From Chrysomallon squamiferum (Eukaryota; Animalia; Mollusca): a DNA stretch of 64,000 nucleotides. The notes under the pieces are model-generated. The model was not told the origin of the DNA and ran no database searches. It saw only the letters and a list, made by a program, of their open reading frames with translations. Of this stretch, positions 54,179 to 64,000 are shown piece by piece. Each line of letters begins with the position of its first letter. The first letter of the stretch is position 1. The stretch lies in assembly GCA_012295275.1 (NCBI GenBank), contig CM022678.1, positions 17,298,001-17,362,000 on the forward strand, read 5' to 3'. Position numbers and translations under genes: made by a program.

Positions 54179-54954
54179 TTTCGTAGAATTACAGTGTGAT
54201 AAATTACAAATGTTAATCAACCCAGTCAAATCGCCAATTAAACACCGTCGTTGTGCGCTCAACAAAATACCACCTAGCTATTTGCAAAATTAAAGTCCGA
54301 TCGGTTGATTTTGGTAGATACTCTTGAAGATGATTTTATCCGTTGGCAATAACTGGAACATAATACAGATATTTCCCAGTGAAAAATGTCAGTTCTATTG
54401 TCGTTCTTCGATAGTTTAGCCTAGAACATCCAATATCGATCGATTCTGGCACCGCGCTTTTAATTCAGTTTCCGCGACCCGATTCTTTCAGCTTTTAGAA
54501 AATAAACCCTCTTTTGTTCGTCGGTTAAAAGCGCAAACAAGGGAGGTAAGCTAAACAGGGAATGTATTCCGGATTAGGCTTCTGCAACCACTCCGTTTAC
54601 AGATGGGAGATACATAATTTATTCAAAAGAGAGTGACAGTGGTTAACAGTCTCCTAATTAGGTTCAAAGGAGTAATTTTTTTAAATGCAGTATGAATAGT
54701 TATGTGTCTGTGATAAAATAAGAAAATATGGCTACTACTTTTTTTAAGCGAAAATAACAAGAAAAGACGTTAATTATGTGACGAATGAAGTCTCCGTTAT
54801 TATTATTATTATTATTTTGTATTTTTGTGACGTAATCAATGACTGTCTCGAAATACCAATAATGATGTTTCTAGAGTTTTATATGGATAAATGAAATTAA
54901 AACAACGACAACAACACTGAACTCATTTAAACATTTGCTTTAACATAATTTTTA

Positions 54955-55072
54955 AGTTATTGTGTTTCTACTACATACATTTTTTTAGTGTTATCTGCTC
55001 AGTAAGGAAGTAATTTCACTATAATCTTCTCTGCAATGTTAAAAATTCGGCATGTGCACGCACGCACGTACA

Positions 55073-55146
<74 letters not shown>
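54955..55146. repeat. Dispersed (GA)n-tailed repeat also found downstream of receptor copies A and B
   Basis: TGTGTTTCTACTA...GTGTTAT.TGCTCAGTAA.G...TAATTTCACT...AATGTTAAA...GCACGCA..(GA)n matches 22012-22226 and the reverse complement of 12616-12890. Confidence 0.6.
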
Positions 55147-55151
<5 letters not shown>

Positions 55152-55961
55152 AAAACGGAAGAAAATTTTATTTATTACACAAAGTAATGGTTCTTTTTTC
55201 ACTTCTGCCTATGTGCCTTTCAGTTCAAACAAAAAATACTTCGCTTCAAATCGGAGAAGTGCCCGTCGCATAGCGACAATGATTCCGTCTGTGAGACCTC
55301 TAACAATTAGTATGACGTCACATTAACTAGATTTAGAGTGGAATGCGAAGTTTCTTCTGTACGGCTCAGGTAATCCTAATGTTTTGTTTGTATTAGTAGT
55401 TATATTTGTTCAGTTTTAAACAGTTCTGTATTCATTTACACAAAAATCAATGATAGTTTATATGCATGAGTGTATGGTTAAATTAAGAACAATATATGTA
55501 TATATATATTTATATAATACACACATACATCATCTCAAACTTTCCATGAAAAAAGTTTGTTCCACTTTTTATCACCTTTGACATATAGCCTGCTCTAGTT
55601 AAAAATGCACAGGATAAAAATTTGAAACAAAGCTTTCCCAGTCCATTTCTTCATTAATAATTTTGTGTCAGTTTGATCAGCAGGTTTTTCTTTTTTCAAT
55701 CCTTTATTTTCATGGATTTTTGTTGTTATGGTGCACTGAAGTTGCAATTGGAAAATATTTTATGAATAATGTAAATGATTATTAAATACATATGTACATA
55801 TATACATACATATACATACATACATATATATGTGTGCGTATGTATATATGTATGTATGTGTATATATATATATATAAAAACACACACAAATAGAAAAACC
55901 AAAAAGAAGACATGTTAATTATTTATTTCAAAGAAGTCAAAGTTCACATGTCAGTTTTTAT

Positions 55962-58900
55962 TTATTTCCCCTTCCTTGTTTTCAGTTTCCTAAGGTAGAA
56001 TTCCAATTCTTTGCCTTCCAAAATGTAACCGTCACAACGTCCACACTGTCCCGGCCTCGACGATGTCTTCACTACAAAATAAATATGTCCATAATCAGCA
56101 GCAATAAACACATTTCAACAATTTCTACACACAAAAAACACAATGTCAAATTTTAAGGAAAACACCTTAGCATGATCTTCACTAAAACACACAGCTGTAA
56201 GTTCACATTGTCAGAATTCAAAATATAGAATGCAATTCACTTATAAATTTTTTTTTTTTTTCTTTAATAAAGATATAAAAATACAGTTTTTAAAAGATAA
56301 TTTTCAAAATATTTTGTTGTTACTTTAAAATATCCCAAAGTAGCACATACAAAAATAAATAAAAATGTATACTGAATTAGTTTTCGAAGTGATTTTGATG
56401 TTCCGTTGTAAAGAGTAAGAACACTGTTAAAAAATTAAATTGTTATGTAAGGAGGTCAGAGTAACTATGACATGGTATCCTTGGAAACCCAGTTACAGCC
56501 AAAACGGCATCAAGATTTCCTCCAGTTATATTAGTTAATGTCATCATTCCACCTCACATATACAAATACTACCATACTGATTTATATTTTTGAAAAACAA
56601 AAATCCATTTTAAAAGTTTTGGAATTTATGTTCTTTTACTCACTTTTGAACATATTCCTGAAATTCAAGGATATTTAAGTACTTAAATTTGACAACCTTG
56701 AAATGCTGGACATTTATGGACCAAAGACCTGGAGCAGTTGTGTTTATTTTATTTATTTAACAACAAATCAATTAAGCTTCTGTTGTTTAAGTTTTTTGCA
56801 TCATCTTCAAAATGTACAATCAGCACCAGCAATTGTTATATTCTGTGTTATTAAGAAAACAGATCACTACAAACCACACTTTTTGTAAAGATATACTGGT
56901 TGGAATGGGTAAAATAGTAATGGTGACAGATTTTACTTTGACCAAATGGCTTAAAGTGCTTTATAACTGACCATAGCTGAACCAAGTATTGTTGTTACAA
57001 CTAGTGAACCATTACTGCTACTACAAAAACTGCTCTTATTAATACTACTACTAAATATCATGATGTTCTTTTGTCAACTATCTATTTATCTTCACTTAAT
57101 GTACATCATTTGATAAAATTATATTTCTTTTCAAAATCTATAAATAACTAAGCTTTATATCCAGGTTCCATAGTAAAAAAAAAAAAAAAAAATCAAAAAA
57201 AGAATTAAACTATTAAAAATATTTGAAATAAAAACATTCTATAAAATGGTATTTTATATCTTTTAAAAACTAATGGGTTACATATTAAATTATACAAAAA
57301 TGAAAAAACTGCTGAGAGTATTTCATATTAACTGTACTAATTAAAAAATATGCACTTAATTATAAAATGTTTCTATATAATTGCAAATGCTGTAAGAATG
57401 TCAGTGTAACTATGACAATGGTATCCTTGGAAACCACAGAACTGCCTTAATGGCTAGCATGTGATTTCCTCCAATATTTGTTTCTGTCATCATTCAATCT
57501 TACAAAACATTTAACAAGTAAAATAAAATCTTTTAAAACTGATCTTGCCTCTTATCACTAACTGATCATTAATTGTTTTTTTTTTTGTTTTTTTATTTAA
57601 ATGATCAGAAAAAGAGCAAATAAATTTATACATTATTATTATAATATCCAAAAAAATCCTGGGGAGAAAATGTTTTAATAAAATGAAGAATTTGTGAATT
57701 ATAAATCCAGCCCTCATTTAAAAATAGAGTAACAAGGGTCAAGTCTGATTTAATACCTACACACATTTTATTTATTCATAATAATCTTAAGTGAAAACCA
57801 CATGTAGCAAGCCTATACAAAGTAAGAAGAAAAAAGAAAATAAAAGGGGAAAAAGCAAGAATCGCACAAACACTATATTAAAATATTTCTCTATGCGATG
57901 TCCAAATGACAGCTATAATAGAGCTACTGTGAGAAATGAGATAAACAGTTCTACAGTCACACTTGAGAGGGACTGATACTACAACCACTGCCTGTCTCAG
58001 TTATAAAGAAGAGTAGAGTAAACTAAACTGTGTTGAGATGTCATCACAAACTGACACAGAAGCAGTCAGTACTACGACAAATTGTGTCCTCGGAAAACGA
58101 CCTTGAGCCAGAACGGCAAAGTCAATAAACCTCTAAGTAAAACGTCATCATTCTGCTTCTGAAATGTGTTTTCAACAACACAGCTAAAACACTGGAGTCT
58201 GGTACTGAAGTGTATCTGTGGTGACACAAACAGACGTTCTAATCAAAAAATATTCAGTAAACATCCCAGTTATAACTATCAATTTGGACTAACCATCAGT
58301 ACCAATGTTAATAAATGAAGACATTAAAATCATATAATGAAGTTATTTTTACACCCAAGTTATTTGATTTATCATTTTGGGCTACCTATCAACATCAATG
58401 TTAGTAACTGACAATAAAATGGCAGTCTACGCAAGTTTTTTTTTATATATCCATGTTATTACTATTATGTTGGGAAACATGTCATTGTCAAAAATTATTG
58501 TAAAATAATATTGTTACAAAACATCAGAAGGCTTCCATTTTATACCTTTACAACTGAATCATAATACTGCATACAAACACTAATAACTTGTTTTCTGATG
58601 ACAAATCACTAGGACAAACTGATCAAATAGTGTGTTATACTCCAAGCACAAATTTTTCTTAACTCCCTTTCATTTTTTCAAACTGTATCCTTATGATGCT
58701 GTAACTGATCATTAATTAAGATAGGACAGCCAAAAACTAAATACACCTTATTTTAGAATCATGCTTCATATCTTTATAATTTGGATTGTTTCTTCACATC
58801 ATCAGAAGTACATTTGTATTCTGGACAAATTTTTTCATTACAAAATATTTCTCTTATTTTTTCCTTCTGGTACTAATGGTGAAAGTGGTCATTTTCTGTA

Positions 58901-61900
58901 TTCTGGGGAGTTTTTTTCCCCCAAGTTGTTTGTACATCAAACTGGTGCAAATGTCACAGAATTATTTTCATCACAAAACATTTCTCACATTTCACAGTGG
59001 TACTAATGGTGAAAAATCATCATTAGTCGAAATTTTTTTTTTTTTTTTTTTTTTTTTTAAAGTTTCTTTGTAACATTTGTTGCAAGTAGGATTATTTTCA
59101 GTCATATTTAACTCGGGTTGATTTGGAAAATTTTAAAACTCACCTAAAACTTTTCCCGTGGCAAACTGTTCTTCTAGTGCTTGTTCCACTTTTGCTGATT
59201 TCTTTCGCTCGTCGTATTTCTTCTGAGTTTTCTTCGACCTCTTCTTGTTGATCGCATCTTCCTCCTGCTCAGACTAGTAAACAAAATATATACATTTTTT
59301 TATATGTACAGTAATAACTTTTTAATCTGTCAAAACTAAATTTATAACCATCTGTGTTGTGTTTAATCTCATTTGAATACAATTTTAGAATTTGTGTGTG
59401 TGTGTGTGGAAGGTAAGAGGCCACTGAAAGTTGCACTAAGGACTATTTCTCTTTTCCATACACAGTATTTCAATCTCACATAAGTAAATTTGTCATAATT
59501 ATCAAAATTTAGTTATTGACCAGGGACATCAGAAATGACAAGAATTCATCACAGAACTCAGCCGAAAGATGGTGTTTTAAAAATCATCCTTTGTCCCTTT
59601 TACTTTTTAAACTTAATATTTAACTTCAACAAAAAAAATTAAATAAAAATTAAGATCCGAAATAACATATGAATAAGTTGTTGTAGCAACTGCTTTTTTT
59701 ATGTGAACTTTTTTTAAAATCAGTACTCTAAATAAAATCAGATCATTTCAAAATGATTAAAACATAAGAAATGTGAATGCCAGTATCTATGCAAAATTAT
59801 GCTTATCACCAAAATAGTGCAAAACAAATAATTTAAAAAAAAAAAAAAAAAAAAAATTTAGTTATATAATATGGTTTCAAAAGTTCTACACATAAAAAAC
59901 GTGGCTTTTATTATTAGTATATTTACAAATGGATCCAAGTCTGCTTAAATCTTACCAATTTGACGCCCTTCTTTCGACCAAGAGGAACTGCGTAATGGGC
60001 CTCGTACCACTGACGGAAAGGTGTCGAGTCGACCTGAATGATGCAACCTTTAACGAGCGTTTTGGTTCTCACCAGCTCGTTATTACTGGCATTGTAAACG
60101 ACGTCTATGATACGCGTCTTCCTCGTGATGCCTGGAAACAGGAATAAATCATCCATAGAGAATTTAAATACAGTGTAAACTAAATACAATGTAAGCTTGT
60201 GTGTGTAACAAATGGTAAGAGTTATTTATAAATTAAACAAATAATAAAAAACGTTGTATAATATTCTATTAATTTACTTGTGCTACCCACCATACCTACA
60301 GACATATATCCTGGTTTATTTTATTTTGTTTAATTAAACAATATTGATAGTCTCTGACACACTAGCTTACTGTACAGGATACATTAGGACTCTTCTCTTG
60401 ATGTAGACAGGATTTTGCAGAATGATCCAGCTACATCAGAATGTATGTTTGTACATATCAATTTGGTCTCAATTCAGCATAAATGTTACTTTTGTTCCAA
60501 CTGTTTGCATGCCAATTAAATATGTTAACAGTAAAACTGGTGGAGGTAATGAAACATTTTTAGTTCAGGTATTTTGAATTGTTTAAATTGTGCTTATTTA
60601 TTTATTTTATAATTTTGTTAATGTGCGTTGATACAATTTCATCTGCAACTTTTTATCACATAAACATTAAGACATAATACCTGAATCAATTATGTCGTTA
60701 AAAGAAAATACCTTAATATGCATTATTTGTCTTGTATTTATCAAAACGAACACTTCAATGTTTTTTGTAAGCTGGTATGGAAAAATAAATCACACAATAA
60801 AATGACAATGAAAAGTGAAGCCCAATATTTCCATTATGTTGTTACATTTGTGTACTGCAAGTATCTTCAAACAAGAAAGCATTATACTGAAAATTTTAAA
60901 TAACCACTAAGGATATGTACTGAACAGTTAGTAGTCCAACTGAGCATCAACTACTAATCCAACTGTTCTGCCATAGAAGAAAACCTCTACACATTCACCA
61001 TTTTATGAAAAACACAAATATAAAGAAAATTCTTTTAATTATCTACTTCTTTCACATGATGCTAAGAACACAAGAAATGTTATAATACAAAGATGTATCA
61101 ATTATTAACACAAAAAAAAATCAACTCACTTTCCGAACCCCAGGAGAAATTGCCTTGATCAAGTCGCAGTGCTCTGTATTTCTTGTTCCCTCCTCGAGTT
61201 CGTACTGTGTGAATGCGCTTTGGCCCAAGCTGAAAATTTTAAATTGTTTTTATTCAAATTTTTGAAATACTATTTCAGATCTTGTCAAGAAAAAGAATAA
61301 ATTCTGAAACCTGTTTTGTAATCAATAAATAAATGACTTATTTCTAACTTAAACCTGTTTATAAAAATATTTAAATTTTAAATTAAAACAGTGGTATGTA
61401 ACAGCACAAAGAGATGTATTACATTTATGAAGTTAAACGGACGTACAAGGCCATTTTATTTGTCAAGCTTATGACCAGAAGCCACCTGAATACAAATATT
61501 TAATAAAACTTAAATGCAAAGCACAAAATTGTAGCTGACTAATATACTTCTATATACTGATAATTTTCTGAAAGCTGAAAAAAAAAAATGGGTTTTGTAT
61601 TTTTGTAACAATTTAAAATACAAATTATGCTGCTTTCGGTGTTATTTCAGGCTGGTAATCCTCGTGACAAAAAAAATTCTCAAATTGCCTGAAAACATAT
61701 ATTTTTAGAGTTTGAACAACTTTATCAAACTGGAACATCAGGAAATGTGTGAGTTCAGCACTGTGATCAGTCGAAAGATGGTGCTCATTTTAATCATCAC
61801 ATGAACCAGTTGTTACTTAAACAGTAATTTAGACAGCAGAACTGAATTTATCAGTAAGAAACAACTTCTTTAACTATATACAAATGGTTTTATAACCAGC

Positions 61901-63676
61901 TTGTTCCCATATATTAAAAAACTTATAAGTTAATAAAATTCCCCTTTCTGGTGTCACTGCAATTCTCGAAAGGGAAAAATTAATATTTTTGGTGAAATAT
62001 TTCAGTTCTGACCATAGTTAACAACATTTGCTTCTGTACAGAAAACAGTTTTGAGGTTATTCAATAAGGACTGAAATGTTTCGATCTCTCCACAAAATCT
62101 ACATCAGCTATTACATGTCAATGATAAACAGACATATCAGTTAATAAAATACAGTTTAAATTACAATTGTATCTAATTTGTCAGTTTGGTTGTTAGCATT
62201 TCACACATTTCTGAGAAATTCCACCCTAAATAACAACCAATTTTAAAACAGATGTATAATCACTGTCAGGAAAAACACCACATAACAAGAAAAAGGTAAC
62301 TAAGACACTTTTTAGATATTGTTCAGGTATCTAAATGTTTCAAATTTGAATGAAAAGTCTTTTTTGAAAAAGCCACCAGTGAATAACTTTTTAAATTTAC
62401 TAAATGTCAAACAATTTATCAGAAATTACTTGAAACATTAAATTTTAGATTTTAATATTTATTTACCCAGTCTGTGAACCTAGAAACATGATCAGTTCTC
62501 AGTTTTTATGCATTAAATAAAAATACCTAAAAATCTGATATATATATTCAAAAAAAAATAATGTCCTAATTATTATTACAGTAAAAATAATGTACAAATT
62601 TAGTTATTGAGCAGGGACATCAGAAATGACAAGAATTCATCACAGAACTCAGCCGAAAGATGGTGTTTTAAAAATCATCCTTTGTCCCAGCTCAGATTTT
62701 ATATATACAAATAAATATGTAGTAGTATTTACATATGAAATAGTATTTACATATGAAATCTTAAAAATGAATGATGCAGACTTGTTATTCAATATTTGTT
62801 TCTTATGAACAATTAAGAAGAAAACAGCTAAGGCAACTCTTTCAGTAGTTTATTATTAACAATTTAGCTGAACACGGCTAATACAACTCTTTTAGTAGTT
62901 TATTATTAACAATTTAGCTGAACACGGCTAATACAACTCTTTTAGTAGTTTATTATTAACAATTTAGCTGAAAACGGCTAATACAACTCTTTTAGTAGTT
63001 TATTATTAACAATTTAGCTGAACACGGCTAATACAACTCTTTTAGTAGTTTATTATTAACAATTTAGCTGAAAACGGCTAATACAACTCTTTCAGTAGTT
63101 TATTATTAACAATTTAGCTGAAAACGGCTAATACAACTATTTCAGTAGTTTATTATTAACAATTTAGCTGAAAACGGCTAATACAACTATTTCAGTAGTT
63201 TATTATTAACAATTTAGCTGAAAACGGCTAATACAACTCTTTCAGTAGTTTATTATTAACAATTTAGCTGAAAACGGCTAATACAACTATTTCAGTAGTT
63301 TATTATTAACAATTTAGCTGAAAACGGCTAATACAACTATTTCAGTAGTTTATTATTAACAATTTAGCTGAAAACGGCTAATACAACTATTTCAGTAGTT
63401 TATTATTAACAATTTAGCTGAAAACGGCTAACACAACTCTTTCAGTAGTTTATTATTAACAATTTAGCTAAAAACTGCTAATACAACTCTTTCAGTAGTT
63501 TATTATTAACAATTTAGCTGAAAACTGCTAATACAACTCTTTCAGTAGTTTATTAGTGTAAATTAAAACCTTTGTCATAGCTGCTGGACGTCCCAGTTCG
63601 AACTTCCTCTTCTTTCGCATCTGGGCCATGCGGCCTCCTGTCTTTCGGCGCTTGTGCCATTTATCTCTGGAGATAC
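55962..63676 (-). CDS. RPS8: 40S ribosomal protein S8 (eS8), exons 2-6; exon 1 (ATGG) lies beyond the window
   Basis: Exons (-): 63676-63570 ([14 protein letters not shown]...), 61229-61130 ([24 protein letters not shown]...), 60131-59956 ([26 protein letters not shown]...), 59273-59144, 56071-55962 ([23 protein letters not shown]...KGK*). Sizes 107/100/176/130/110 plus 4 give 208 aa. Confidence 0.98.
56452..56555 (-). ncRNA. SNORD46: C/D box snoRNA, SNORD46 (U40/U46, snR63)-like, copy 1
   Basis: GAGGT stem, C box ATGATGA, guide GTCATAGTTACT, D box CTGA, ACCTC stem. The guide is complementary to LSU helix 69 AGUAACUAUGAC; D+5 falls on the yeast Am2256 equivalent. Located in RPS8 intron 5. 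Confidence 0.9.
57391..57504 (-). ncRNA. SNORD46: C/D box snoRNA, SNORD46-like, copy 2
   Basis: TGTAAGA/TCTTACA stem, C box ATGATGA, TTTCCAAGGATACCATTGTCATAGTTACA-CTGA. Confidence 0.9.
58057..58161 (-). ncRNA. C/D box snoRNA, divergent SNORD46 paralogue with altered guide
   Basis: 9-bp stem CAGAAGCAG/CTGCTTCTG, C box ATGATGA, same internal scaffold (GAGG...GCC-loop-GGC...TTTCCGAGGA), guide TTTGTCGTAGTA-CTGA. Confidence 0.8.
59523..59597 (-). ncRNA. SNORD51: C/D box snoRNA, SNORD51 (U51/snR39-type)-like
   Basis: GGGACA/TGTCCC stem, C-like AGGATGA, guide CACCATCTTTCGG, D' CTGA, C' GTGATGA, D CTGA. The guide pairs with LSU CCGAAAGAUGGUG; D'+5 falls on the yeast Am807 equivalent. Located in RPS8 intron 4. 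Confidence 0.88.
61732..61807 (-). ncRNA. SNORD51: C/D box snoRNA, SNORD51-like divergent copy
   Basis: C box GTGATGA, guide CACCATCTTTCGA, D' CTGA, C' GTGCTGA, D CTGA, flanking AACTGG/CCAGTT stem. Located in RPS8 intron 2. Confidence 0.85.
62614..62688 (-). ncRNA. SNORD51: C/D box snoRNA, SNORD51-like (identical to 59523-59597)
   Basis: Same 75-nt sequence as the intron-4 copy. Located in RPS8 intron 2. Confidence 0.88.
62820..63555. repeat. 50-bp minisatellite, about 14-15 near-identical units
   Basis: Unit ATACAACT(C/A)TTT(C/T)AGTAGTTTATTATTAACAATTTAGCTGAA(A/C)ACGGCTA. It begins ~14 nt inside RPS8 intron 2, next to the exon-2 donor. Confidence 0.95.
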
Positions 63677-64000
63677 CTGTAAGAAAAAATTCCAGAAAAA
63701 TCTTTAATGATTCATTCATCTTTAAATCTATCATCATACGAAGAACACTGAATTTAACAATTATTTACATTGTCTAACTTTTTTTGTAGTTTTATTTTAG
63801 ATAAATTATCTTCTCGACTAGGACGTTTTCAGAAGTTTAAACCTGTACAGCCAACAGTTACAAGTGTATTGTATTTATTTTTGTTTATATTTAATGTCGT
63901 GCACTTCTCTTAATAGTACATTACTGTACTATTTCACTAAGTGGTATGAATAAAGAGATGCGCTTGCAACAATTACTGGTGCCAGATATCGCTCGAATCT

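Noticed and set aside
58595-58623. TGATGA...CTGA on the + strand
   Set aside because: Antisense to RPS8 and too short for a C/D snoRNA.
58820-59030. ~135-bp degenerate tandem duplication (TGGTACTAATGGTGAAA) with C-box-like ATGATGA
   Set aside because: No well-placed D box, terminal stem or recognisable rRNA complement.
62820-63555. CRISPR-like appearance of the regular array
   Set aside because: Units are head-to-tail with no unique spacers, in a eukaryotic intron.
63731-63737. ATGATGA as an RPS8 start codon or C box
   Set aside because: It lies in intron 1 upstream of the acceptor at 63677, no D box follows, and the true exon 1 is outside the window.

Overview
AT-rich, microsatellite-dense eukaryotic DNA. 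The 5S rRNA sequence and gene content point to a mollusc, possibly a cephalopod (inference). Bases 1-50.3 kb hold a cluster of recently duplicated 13-exon receptor genes with the layout signal peptide - ShKT-like domain - long EGF-like Cys-rich array on one exon - TM - basic/acidic juxtamembrane region - single PTP domain. There are three full-span copies (A on +, B and C on -) and two 5' fragments (D, D') facing each other across a 200-N gap at the centre of a large inverted duplication. The ShKT exon is strongly diversified, EGF repeat number differs per copy, copy B is an A/C mosaic, and each copy carries different frame or splice lesions (some may be assembly indels). A solitary 5S rRNA gene, flanked by a 20-bp inverted repeat, sits in a foreign block that replaces copy B's upstream region. 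A pogo/Tigger-like transposon end interrupts a palindrome in copy A's upstream region. Further right lie a 4-exon secreted Cys-rich Argos/scoloptoxin-11-like gene (-) and RPS8 (-, exons 2-6). RPS8 introns host three SNORD46-like and three SNORD51-like C/D snoRNAs and a 50-bp minisatellite.
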